Assembly: GCF_036321535.1 (NCBI RefSeq)
Contig: NC_087447.1
Coordinates: 46,874,001-46,938,000, forward strand
From: Camelus dromedarius
Taxonomy: Eukaryota
Length of the DNA stretch: 64,000 nucleotides
Direction of reading: 5' to 3'
The notes under the pieces were generated by a model that saw nothing but the letters and a program-made list of their open reading frames with translations, was not told the DNA's origin and searched no databases. This document shows, piece after piece, positions 15,107 to 27,100 of this stretch. Within the stretch, counting starts at the first letter, position 1; each line of letters opens with the position of its first letter. Position numbers and translations under genes: made by a program.

Positions 15107-16904
15107 GTGGGACCTGGGGCTGTGCATGTGCGGGTGGAGGGGGTGGGGTGGAGTCTGAGACCAGGATGGAGCCGTGTGGCCGGCCCTGAGGTGAACTCCT
15201 GCAGCTGCTGTGCTGTTGCTTTCAGCCTCTGGATGCTGTGGCTTTGGCTCCATTCCAAGGTCTCCATGTGCTCCATTCAAAAAGGGCCAAGAGGTGGGGG
15301 CTGAAGGGTCCTTCAGGAATCTCTGCCAGACTTACTCCAGGCAGCAACACTCTACTGCCAAGATCAAGCTAGGATGTCAGCTGCTGATCTCTGTGACTGT
15401 CCTTTCTTCAGACCCCAGCCCTCTGTGGACCCTGCTTCTGTGTGTCCACATCATCTCCCACCTGGCTGGAGCCACACATGTGCCTCAGGCCACCTCAGCT
15501 GCCACTGCCTCAGCTGGGATCGCTAAGGACCCCTCCCCCTCCCGGCCCCTGATGCCCCCAACAGCGCAGCAGTGCCCAGCACTGGAAGTGACCTGGCCGG
15601 AAGTGGAAGTCCCATTGAGTAAGGAGCAATTCTGATGGGAGCCCAGGAGGGCACGGTGTTCAGAGGGCGGGCTCAGGGCACAGAGGGTCTGAGGGTGGGG
15701 TTGGCTCCTGAGTGCACACCCCCCAACCTTCTGCCATGGAACCCACCAACAACCAGGCCAGCTTGGCTGAGCACTCAGCATCCTCCCTCTCCTACTCAGC
15801 GTCCTGACTGTGGCCCAGGGCCCTCTCCTAGATGCTTTCAAGTGGGACAGAGAGAATTTAGACGGAGCAGCCAGAGGGCGCCCAGTGCCTTGACTGCAGT
15901 GTGCCCTAAGCCCAGCCCCGCCTCCCAGAGTCCACGTGCCCTCTGGCCACCTCCAGGAGCCGTGGCCTACTGGTGCTGCCTCCTTGGCCAGGGCTCCTAG
16001 AGTCACGAAGGTCAGGTGCTAGAAAGGGTCATTCTGAAGAAACAAGCTCAGGAGTCATCACCTGGGCCCAGGACCCATGCCCAAATACCTTTTGTTCAGC
16101 CCAGGGCCCCCCCTGGTAGACACCGCACTTCCCCTTTAACAGGCTTTCCACGCCAGGTTCCTGAATCACGGGGACTGAGGAGCTAGGCAGGGTGGGCAGG
16201 CCACAGCTCTACAGAAGGGCTAACAGCCACATGTGTCCCCAGATGGAACGCTGACCTTGTCCTGCACTGCCTGCAGCCGCTTCCCCCACTTCAGCATCCT
16301 GTACTGGCTGGGCAATGGCTCCTTCATCGAGCGCCTCCCAGGCCGGCTGTGGGAGGGCAGCACCAGGTGAGGGGGATGGTGGCCAGGCTAGCAGGAGAGG
16401 GGCCTCCTCTTGCGGTCCAAGTTCTCTCACAGCCTTTCCTTCTCTGCTTCAGGCGGGAGCGCAGGGGCACGAGGACTCAGCTGTGGAGGGCCTTGGTGCT
16501 GGAAGAGCTGAGCCCTGCCCTGCGCAGCACCAACTTCTCCTGTGTTTTCTCCGATCCTGCGCAGACTGCCCAGCGTCACCTCATTCTGGCCCAGCTCTCG
16601 GTGAGGACCCCAAGGGAGGGTTTCCATGGACAGGAGGAGCTGTGCTCCGGTATGGGGAGGAAAGGGTGGGCTCTGTCCACAGGAGCCTCCAGTCAACGCC
16701 CACCAAGTCCCCAGGCCTGAAGTGGAAACTAAAAAGAACTTAGGGGAAACATAGCCTAGAGGACAGTGAGAAGAGCTGGCCCTCCCACTTTGGCCCTGAT
16801 CCTTGTCTGCTTCACTTCCCCAGGCTGGGCTGGACACAAGCGTGCCCCCCTACTCAAGACACCCTGCCCTCCAGCAGGGCCCCTCTGCCTCACCATCCCC
16901 ATAG
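15079..16904 (+). CDS. IL18BP: Interleukin-18-binding protein, isoform a-like, 195 aa as written; exons 15079-15106, 15412-15618, 16243-16366, 16453-16600, 16824-16904
   Basis: MTMRQSWIPDPSPLWTLLLCVH signal peptide, then QCPALEVTWPEVEVPLNGTLTLSCTACSRFPHFSILYWLGNGSFIERLPGRLWEGST...STNFSCVFSDP Ig domain; all introns GT-AG and in frame (588 nt). Confidence 0.96.
15412..15618 (+). CDS. IL18BP: IL18BP coding exon 2
   Basis: tttcttcag acceptor; GTAAGG donor. Confidence 0.95.
16243..16366 (+). CDS. IL18BP: IL18BP coding exon 3 (Ig domain)
   Basis: NGTLTLSCTACSRFPHFSILYWLGNGSFIE; AG/GT boundaries. Confidence 0.96.
16453..16600 (+). CDS. IL18BP: IL18BP coding exon 4 (Ig domain)
   Basis: RERRGTRTQLWRALVLEELSPALRSTNFSCVFSDPAQTAQRHLILAQLS; GTGAGG donor. 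Confidence 0.95.
16824..16904 (+). CDS. IL18BP: IL18BP terminal coding exon (apparent +1 frameshift near 16851)
   Basis: cttccccag acceptor, AGLDTSVPP...; TAG at 16902-16904 as written, TGA at 16906-16908 in the homologous frame. Confidence 0.8.
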   Translation, partial: AGLDTSVPPYSRHPALQQGPSASPSP

Positions 16905-17481
16905 ATGAGCCCCGAAGCCTGGTTGAAATGTCACCTCTTCGTTGAGATCTGCATACTCTTGGCTCAGGCCACATTCTGCATCAACTTAATGTCATGTTTG
17001 TATTTGTCTCCTTTAATGGACTGTCCTAGGGAAGGGATCTGGGCAGAGGCTGCTTCTGACCCACAGCTGTATCTGTCACTCCAGTAGGGCCCACGATGGG
17101 TGCTCATAAATGATCTCCAATGGTGGCATGGTGATGTCCGCCCAATCGTTTATCCTTTAGGCCGTTATTCCACTCACAGAACATGGCCTGTCCCAGGAGG
17201 GAGTGTGGGAAGAGAGGAACTGCCACTCAGAAGCTAAAGAAAGACAAAACCAGATTCAGGCAACACTGGCCCTCAGAAGAGAAGAGAAGAGGCCAGCCTG
17301 TAATGCTCCTCAGGAGCAGAGGCCAGAAATGGAGTGTGGGAAGATGCTGTGGCCGCAGCAGAGTCAGGAGAAGGGATTTGAGAAGGTAGGTGGTTTGGAG
17401 GCTCAGCAGATTCAAAGGTATGCTGCTCTGGTTTTCCCACAAAGATCAAAGCATCTCACCACTCAAGGGAGAAAAATAGAC

Positions 17482-17487
17482 TTTATT
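17482..17487 (-). terminator. NUMA1: NUMA1 polyadenylation signal
   Basis: TTTATT on + = AATAAA on -, about 680 nt after the stop codon, followed by U/GU-rich sequence. Confidence 0.8.
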
Positions 17488-18166
17488 TACAAGTAATAAC
17501 ATTTAGAAAAGTTCCATCCCTGGCCGTTAAAAACCTTCCCATCACTCCAAATCCCACCCCAGGGTAAGTCTGGGGAAGGTGAGGGATGAGCTGCCACTGA
17601 AGGCTGGCCCCAATCCCCCACCGAGGCACAGGGCCCCTCTCTCCTGGAAAAAGACTGTCCTGTGGGCAACCATGCCCTTGGGTGGTTCGGAGCACACAGG
17701 GGTGGGGTGTTCCCACTAGGTCAATGCCCAGTCCTGGCTTCAAGAGCAAGGGCCCTTGCTAGGCCCAGCCACCAGGAGCAGCAGGGACCAGGGCCTGCAT
17801 GCTCCTCCAATGGTCCCTTCTAGATCCAGAGGCTGAAAGGACTGGCTGGGCCCAAGGACCCAGCCACTCAAAGCCAGCCTCAAATCTAGCTGTGATGGAG
17901 AAGTGACTTTAAGAAAACATCAGAAGGCAGGGAGGACCCAGACTGTCCAGGCTCCGGGCCTCCTGGGCCAACTGTGAGGACACATCTGTTCACCTGGCAA
18001 AGGTCCAGGAACCAGGCCAGTTGTGGGTAGGCGTCACTGTCTCTAGGGGTCTGGCCGCTGTTGGCCTGGGAGCTGATTGATAGAAGGCACTGAAAGGGAC
18101 AGAAGGAAAAGGACCAGGCGAGGTCGGCATCAAGGACAGGTGGGGCCACTCACTGGTACGGGCTCT

Positions 18167-18178
18167 TTAGTGCTTTGC
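18167..18178 (-). CDS. NUMA1: NUMA1 coding exon 25 (AKH*)
   Basis: tttctttcag|GCA AAG CAC TAA. Confidence 0.92.
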   Translation of the reverse strand, partial: AKH

Positions 18179-21100
18179 CTGAAAGAAAAAGAGAGTCACT
18201 TGGCTGAAAGAGACTTAGGTGCCAGCTTGCTCGGGGAGACCTCTTACTGCTCCTGCACGCCCTTAACTAGGATCCCTGCCTTGGTGCAGCCCTGGACTAT
18301 CTACCTTCACGCTACCAGTCGCTGGCTGTCCTAAGCTGCTGTGTGTGTCCTCAGTAGGAATGAGTCTGTCCTCTCAATCATGAGCAGCTAACCAGGCAGG
18401 GAGCACCTACTCTCCACCCCACCGTCCAGCGTTCTAACTGGGCCCTGCCTGGGAAGCCACCCCATGGGTGTTTGTCAGGGAGAGGGGGACACCTGTGCTT
18501 CCACCACGTTCCTAAGAGCTGAGCTCTTCCCCCTGTTGGTGCCTCTACCTTGACCTTGGCCCGAGGGGTGGCAGTGGCAGCAGCGACAGCAGCAGCAGTG
18601 GCGGTGCTGGCTGTGGTGGTGGCAATGCGAGGAGAGCGGCGGGTTCCACTGCGGGTGTTGGGGGAGGCCTTGGGCGGGGCTTTCTTCGAGGCTGCCCTCC
18701 GCAGAAGGCTGTTTCCAAGCTTCTTGGGTGTATTAAGGATGCTGAAGGCCATTGACTGGCGGCGGTCAGCCTGTAGGGAGGGCCTGTCAAACTGGGGGCG
18801 CCACCACTGCCATCCCCCTGGGGCCAACCTGTTGCTCTAGGGCTCTGCCAGCAAAGGGTCTCCCTTCAGGCCCCAACTAACCTGTTTTACAACTGCTGGA
18901 GCTGCTTTCTTCTGGGCCTCAGCAGTGTTCTGTCTGCGCCCTTCATGTCGGTCCCGGGGAGTCATGGGGCGAGGGAAACAGCTGGTGGCCTTCTTAGACT
19001 GTGGGGAAGAGGACAGTTAGGCAGCCAGTGGCAAGACGACTTCACATCCAAAGCCACATGTCTCAGAGCTGACTGGATCTTGTCCAACCAGCACCTGCCC
19101 CCCTTCTGAGCCAGAATCCTCCACTTTAATTTTCAAACGTGGTGACTAGGTCCCGGCCAGCTGCTAGACAGAACAAGACACGGGAGTCGACGTCACCCAC
19201 CTCAGGGGTGCCAGGGCCCTGGTGGGGCTCTGAGGAGACCCGTTTGCGCTGCTGCCGGGTGGTGATGCCGACGCCCTCAGCTATCTGGGTTGGCTGCATG
19301 CTGGCTCGGCGCAGGGTCTCCCGGGGGTCGCCAGTTTTTATCTCCTCGTCTGTGATGGTAGGCAGGCTCAGGGAAGGCTGCACAGGGTGGAAAAAGTGGT
19401 CAGTGGACCCCAGCTGTTTGGAAATAGAGCAGGACCACCCCAGTACTCTCTTCACCAGCCTGGCCCACGGAGGAGCTGGAGCCTTCCTATTGCCGAGGCT
19501 CCCTTCCTGTTGTCTTCTCTGCCTCCGCGCTGCATGATGGCGGCAAAGAGCAGTCCCTAGAGACCTCTCCCAAGCATCTGCCCACCCACAGTACCGTCAC
19601 CCGAGCCCCCTCTCTGCCAGCTGTTCCACCCAAAGCAGACGGTCACCCTCCTTGGCAGGCCAGGTCAGGATGCCAAGGGAGGAACTGGTGAACCAGCGTG
19701 GGCAGGTCCTGGGCAGGTGGCCCCAGAGCTCACCCTGGACTCCAGAGGGTAGCAGGTCTTCAAGTGCGGGGGGCATACTCGATTACGCTGCTGCAACTCT
19801 GCAATGCGGTTCCAGTCATCTAGCTGCTCGGGCTCATCCTGACAAGTGCCCATGTAGAAGCTGTTCCTGCCTGTGGAGGGCAGGGAAGTTGGAGCAAGCG
19901 GGGTTGGAAGGCCAGGAGGAAGAGGTGGAGGCAGCATCCTGCTAGCCTTTGCTGCCACCACCCCTGTCCAGCTATCCTGGGGACTTCAAGCCCAGCACCC
20001 CAGGGTCCTGTACGGCAGATACGGGAGTGGGACGCACAGACCATCTCCACCTGAGGGGACTGGCTCATTGCTTCCTCCCTAGGGTCATAGGCAGAGGCTC
20101 TGACACCAAGAGAAAGTAATGGAGGGCCAGGAATTAATACCCAGAGGGTCCCTGAAAGTCAAGAGCCTCCAAGAAGAATCTGAGAATGGAACCCTGGCCG
20201 GCCTGGCCCCTCTGGCAGCCCCTCCCCACCTGAGGAGGGGCCTGGAGGACTCCTGACAGTAGCTGGGACTCCTACACCCCTCGTGTGAGCATTTCTGGTT
20301 TACTCCCTGGCTGAGACTGACATCAGCCTTACTGCCCAGCACAGCCCCTCGATGGACAGGCAAGGCCTTGAGACTGCATGGAGGAGGAGCAGTGAGGTGC
20401 CAGGGGTTTTTAAAAGCTTGTCCCTTCCCGGCATCAGGATCTGCATCCAGTCTAATCTTTGGGTGTGTTAAGTTCCCACAGTCCCCCTACCTGGAGGGGC
20501 CCCGCTGGACACCCCGGCCTGGGAGCGGCGAGCAGAGCTGCGGGTAGTGGGCCGGTAGCCAGGCAGACTAAGCAAAGCCGAGCTGCCGTCGTCAGGAGAG
20601 CCCAGGCGGGCTAGAGACTGGGTGGAGGAGGTGGCTCTCGGGCCTGCCTGGGAAGCAGGGGCAGACTGCGTGCTGTAGAAGGAGGAGTTGGCGCTGTCTG
20701 GCTCCTCCACATCTAGCTTCTGGAAGAGAGGATGAACCTGTTGAAATGGGGCAGGGTGACACCCTATAAAGAAGCCTCCCGTTCCCCTTCCAAAGCCCTC
20801 ACATCCCACAGCTACATGCGTCCACACTGCTTTGCCCAGGTCCTTAGCTGCACGTCTGCAAGAAATGGGCCTTGATGCCACAATCCCACACAGGTGCTGA
20901 GGCTGTTGACTCTTTTCTGCCCATTTTTCCATTGAGTCTATGCCAATGCTTTGAGGGAGAGAAGGCAGACCATTTTAGAAGTGGGGTGCAAAGGTCACAA
21001 AGCAAGGAAGAGGCAGAGCTGGGGCTGGGACCCACGTCTCCTGAGCTAGTTGTACTCATCCCAGTGTCCCTCTGTCAAGTGTGCCAGGGCCATGACAATT

Positions 21101-24100
21101 TTTTAGAACTTCTCCACCTTCTTGGTGGCAGAGGGCACCCCACACACAAACAGATGCCCCCTCCTGCACTAAAGGCCCCTCTTCCCTCGCTCCCAGCCTG
21201 GCAGGCAGCCCACTGGGCAGCCACAATGCATCTCAGCTACCTACAGGGCGTGCTGGGAGGCACAGTCTGGGCTGCAACTTCATACTGTCTCCCTTCAGCC
21301 TGCACAGGCGCAGTGCTATACGTGGAGAGAACGCCAGTCTTAAGAGTCAGCAGACAGGCAGCCAAGTCCAGCCCCGCCGCTTTTTACATGAGGCCTAAGC
21401 AAATCACTGCCCTCCTCAGGATCTCAGCTTCCCCATCTGTGGGTATGGACTGGTCAGCCCTGCCTGCCTCTGTTTTGAGGACCCGATGGAAAGATGCCCC
21501 GAAAGTGAGCACTGTTGTCCTGCAGCCTGACCTTGGTCATGGTGATGTTGATGATTTGCGTGGTGCGCCGACGAGCGGAGCGGGTCTTCCGGCCTGAGTC
21601 CAGGAAGACGTCCCCCAGGGAGTCCAGGCTGCTCTCCAGGGGCGCCTGACCCCGTGCAGGGATGGGGGTGAAGTAGAGACTCTCCAGGGATTCTACCTTG
21701 GGGGGCAGACGCTGGGAGATGGGCGAGGCTGGCTCTCCAGGGATGCTGGTGCCATCTGGTTGGGTACGAGGCAACTTGCTGTGGGAAAGAAACCTGCTAA
21801 GGTGCCATTCCTGGGGTGAGAAAGCATTCTGTCTGGCCCTTTGCTCCAAAGTGACCAAGTCCTACATTTATTACAAGACCAGGTCAAGCACCCCATGCTC
21901 TCTAATTTCTCAGAGGTACCAACAAGAGAGCCTCTGACCTGGGCCAGCCCTTCCATTTGCTCTCCATCTCTGATGCACCCACATCCACTCCATGGCTCCT
22001 TGGACGCCTCACTACTGGTAACGCCTTGACCCTGCTCGCCAGACCCATAAATCTGCCACTTGAGATGCCCCCTGGACACCACAGCTACTCCACAATGAAC
22101 ATGTCCCCAGCCAAGCCCACCTGTCTGTTCCTCCTCCTGTATCTCCTATTTCAGCAAACAGAAAGCTAGAAGAGCAGAGCAGGAGTGACAGCTACCACCC
22201 ATGCCCCTAGTCATGAACATAGGCACAATCCCACTTCTTCCCTCTCCTGCCAAACCCAGTCGGCACCTCTCCCTAACAGCTCTCCTCCCCCCTCACTCCA
22301 CTCTCACGCCTTTCCCTGGCCTGCCTCATCCCCTCTCGCCTAGACTTACAATGGCCTCTGAGAGAGGCACAGAGGGGTGACAAGCAAGGAGTGGAGCCCA
22401 GATCCAAGCCCAGCCCTGCCACTGTGGGACCCTGGGCAAGTGACTGCCCCTTTGCCTCAGTTTCATCTGCAAAGGGAGATAATCACAGAACCTATATCAG
22501 AACCTACCTCAGAGGACTGTTAAAAGCTCAACAAATTAATGTTTTTCAGGTATTTATAACAGCGTCTGGCACATAAGTGTTTAATAAAAACAGTAAATGT
22601 GTTTTTGCAAGTATGTTAAAGTCTTGGCTTTACCCTGGCTATCGGAATAAGCTTTCCAAGATGCAAATCTGGCCCTGTGCTCCTTAACCCCAAACCCTTC
22701 CCAGGTCCCTTAGTCCTTCAGGATCAGGTCTGAACGCCAGCATCCTTCACTGGGGAGTCCAGCCGGCCCTCTGGGACCTGGGCCCAGAGTCCTCCCAACC
22801 ACACTCTCCAGCCCAGCCAGGCTCCTTCCCGGCTCTTGCTCTGCTCTCGTCACTCTGTCCACAGCGCACACGCACCTGCAGCTCCTTTTAAGACAGCAGG
22901 AGTGACAGCCTTCTGAGGCCTTTTGTGACCACTCTTTTCTTTTTACTCTCACTGTACTCTGTACATAGGGCCTAACACCTGTAATACTTTATTCTTCTCC
23001 TCTGAGAATAAGCTTCCAGAGGGCAAAGGGCCCACGTCCTATTTATCTCACAGCCCCAGTGCCCAGGATACAGCCTGATAAACAGCAGGCACTACTCAAC
23101 AGACAACAGACTGAGGGAAGAGGGGCACCTTCTGACCTGGTGATAGTGAGTGGGGCTCCCTCCTCGCAGCTTAGATCCAGGCTGTCAATACTCAAGTCCA
23201 GCTGAGGCTTAGCCTGGGGCTCCCGGCTTTTTAAGGCATCTGTCGCCACCTGGAACTTGCCCAGGTCCCGAAGCTGCTGGTCGGCATGGGCGACCTGGGA
23301 AGGAGAGGGCCGGGGGAGAGTGAAGAAGGGCCTAGGCGATGGTCTAATGTGACAGAGGCGAGGGAGTCTGTCCAGCGCAGGCCTTACCTGTGCCTCCAGG
23401 CTGCGCACCTGGGCGGTGAGGTGACGGCAGGTCTGCTCGGCCTCCTTGGTCTTCAGCCCGGCCTGCTGCAGCTCCCGGCCTAGCCGGTCCGCTTCCGCCC
23501 GCAGCTCCTTGTTCTCCACCTGCAGCTGCTCCAGGCCCCGCAGCTGCTCCTGCAACTCTTGGTTCTGCTGCTTCTTGGCATCATAATGAGTCTTGGCCTT
23601 CTCCATCTGGGTGGGCAGAGGGTGGGTAGGTTGGAGAGGGTTGGGGGTGGGGCAGGGGCAGACTGGGCCAGGGTCCGGCTCCTCACCTGCAGCTTGTAGT
23701 GCTCAGCTGCCTGCTCCTTCTGGCTCAGCTGGGCCTGCAGCTCAGTCAGCTGGGCCTGGAGGCGCTGGGCCTCTTGTTGGCTCTCACCTCCCTGGGCCTG
23801 GAAAGCATGAGAAAGGCTGATCAGGGCCACCAGTCTGGCTGCTCACACCAATCCACTGAGCCTCTTGGCCTCCATGGGTATTTCAGACTCCTGCAGTCTC
23901 AGGACACAAAAAGTCCTTTTACCCCCTCTCCCAACTCCAGCCCACCAAAATACCACATACCCCCAAAGTCCACCTTCTATAGGCGCTTTCCTTGTCTAGC
24001 TACTGCCATTTCTGGAAGATATCTAGTGGCCTGCCTTTGCCTTCTTTGAGACCAGGCAAAACTATCTCACTCTCTCTCCACAAGAACAGTTTCCCTGAGG

Positions 24101-27100
24101 AAGGACACTGATCCCCAAGGAACACCAGGGTGCAGAGCACGGAGCTAGGCACTTGACACGTGTGCTGAGGACACGTGATCTCATTTCTCCTCAAAACTGC
24201 TCTGGGAAGTAACTTTATCTCCACTTGAGATGGAAGAAACTGAGCTCAGAGATTTAAGCAAACTGACCAGGGTCACAGTGACTAAACAGCAGAGTAAGGT
24301 TTGAACCTTGGTCCACCTGACTCCAAAGTCTGTGTGGGCTCATTTATGATGCCACCACCGCCTCCTACCCAGACCACAGTCTCCCTGGGAGCGGGGCCTG
24401 TGTCCGATTCTCTGTCCACCTACAACACCAACAAGTGCTAAGTCCATAGTAGGCACTGCACAAGACCATATGCCCTTACCTCTCCCACATCTCCCAGCAC
24501 TGGGAACCCCCCAAAAGGAGTATAATAAGTATCTAATTATCACGTAAGCATGACAAGGTGTGGAGCACGTGGAAGAAACGGGAGCTCTGAACTCCCACCA
24601 ACTCCTGTGACCCTAGCTAAAAGCTATGAAGCCTAGAACTGCAAAAAAGCAAATATTAAACCAAATAAACCATTGATAGCATTAAGGATATTAAACTGTG
24701 TTGTAATAGTAAATGTCACTGACACTCTCACTCCAAGATTATAAACTGTCTAGACTAGCATAATCCAATTGAACTTCCTGCAGTGATGGAAATGTTCTGT
24801 ATCTATCCTGTCCAGTATGGCAGCTACTAGCCACACATGGCTATTGAGCAGTAGAAATATGGCTAGTGTGACTGAGGAACTGAAATTTTAATTTAGTTTT
24901 AATTTAAATAACCACACATGGCTACTGGCTACTGTAGCAGACGGCGAAGGTCTGAGGGTTGGAGTCACTCCTGTCTTCCCTGAGAGCTCTCAGTCACAGG
25001 CAGGGCTCCTAAGGCTGCCAGACCCCAGGATGCCCCTCCACAGCCCGAGGGCTTACAGAGCAAGCCCCTCACCCTGAGGCAGGCAGAGGCCAAGCCCATC
25101 CCCCAGCTGTCCCACCTTCAGCTTCTGCTGCTGCACCTTGCTGGCTTGGTCATGGTCAGCTAGCTTCTTACTCAGTTCCTCCACCTGAGGCAGGGATGGA
25201 AGAGGAGACAAGACTCAGGGGGCCTTCCCCTGGATGTCCAGACAAATTATGGGCTTTCCCCAGACCAGTCCCCAGGGTTGCTGGAAAAAGAAACTCAGGG
25301 CCTTTCTCTGGCCTCTAAGTAGGGAACGGCTTGCTGCCCAGGCTGGATGGCAGGACCTGAGTGTGGTGACCCAACACAAGTGCTGCCAGAGCCACCTGCC
25401 CACACGGCCTCTAGCCCCTGCCTGCACAGACAGAGGCAGCAGAGTCGACTGGGGAGCTGATGCCTCACCACCACCCTACTGCTGCCCCCGTTCCCAGCCC
25501 CCCACCTTCCCGAGCCAGGACAGGAACAGGGGACCCAGTCTATAACTCCAGCAGACATACTGAACAAACGCCCAACCCTCTTCCTCCCAGAAACTGCCAA
25601 AGCAAAAGGCCAGATGCTCAGACCTCTCCCCCATCTCCACAGGCTGTTAGGGTTTGGCACTAGCAGTGTGGCTGCTGAGATTAGCACCAGGGGTCAGACT
25701 GCTGGAAGACGAGAGCAGGACCAGCACACACACTCCAAGCCCACCCTGCTCCCACAGAGAGGAAGAGCAAAGGGAGGGAGGGGACAAGAGGGAGTGTAAC
25801 AGCCACAAGCACTCCTGGCTCCTCCAGGCATTCCAGGAGCTCAAGCATCATCAGCAAAGGCAGGAGGCAAGGGCTCCAGTGCTAACTGTTTGCTCTTCGG
25901 GTTGACTTCCCCCATCATCTCAGACTCCTCAGGGGTGATGAGAGGAGAGGGGGGCTGGACTCCTCAGCAGGCCCAAGGTGACAGGGTAGGAGGGGTGGTG
26001 GAGGACGGGTGCTCCCACTAAATACCAGTTTGATAGCCTTGACGTCTAGGGCAGCACAGAGAGATCCATGTGAGAGCGAGGCAGCCAGACGTTGCCTCTT
26101 CTGTCTGGTGGAGGCCCCTCCTGCTCCTCTCAACCTTGGCCTTCCTGCTCCCAGACATCTCTTATTTCATGCTTGGGGTTAAAGCCCCAGGGGGTGATGG
26201 GCAGGCGTCCTGAGCTCACAACCCCCCTAATCTGTGGGGGCCGCCTTGCACATCACCCTTCTGGTTTCTGCGGGAAAGAAGGTGGCTGTGTTAAACAAGG
26301 CCCACGGCCATCCTGCAAGTCCCCTTAGTTGAGAACCCAAACTCAGAGCAGGACTTGGCGGTTTGGGAATCCCTAGGACTGTGTGTCACTGGTTTTGATA
26401 TAGGAAAGATGAAGCCTACCCTGCCCCTTGTCCCTAGCAGATGGAAGTACAGAAGGGTGAAGAGGCCGACCTTGGGATGGGTGGGATGAGGCCCAAGAGA
26501 GGGCCCAGCACACCGCACTCTGTGGCAGCCTGGGCCTGGGTTCCACGGCTTGACCCTGCCCCCTTCACAAACAGTTCACAACAGGAGCCGGCGGAGGCAA
26601 GCTGCAGCCGGGGTCATGCACCGAGACTGGTCACCGCTTAAGCAGCCAGCATTTAGCGAGGACCTCAGGCATTACCTGCTTAGTTTGCTCTCTCTGAAAT
26701 ACCTCTAGCTGCTCCACCTGTGCATGGGGGAGGAGCAACAGAGACAGTGAGATGGGGGCCAAAGAGGCATCGGCCCTGCTGCCAGGCTGACCTCACTGAG
26801 GCTCTGATCTTTCCCCCAAGAAACTGGACTTCTAGTAATTTTTTAAATGCCAGTTTGGCTCATTGTAGCCCCCAGTGGCTCTAGGGGCCTCCACCAGAGT
26901 GTGCAGGTGCCCCTCCTCACCAGTGTGCCTCCAATGGGATGATGGCTTCACAGCCTGACTCTCCAGGGACAGAGCCTTCAGGGAAGGGCAGGCGCCTGAT
27001 ACTTTCTTTAGGACAACAGGGAGCAACAAACTCGAACTCTACCAGCCACCCAGTGAGTGAGGGGAGACAAGACACTGCAATAACATGGGAGCTGGAGGCC

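Noticed and set aside
20872..21597. 241-aa + strand ORF
   Set aside because: Antisense and mostly intronic to NUMA1, with no homology or splice support that I can recognise.
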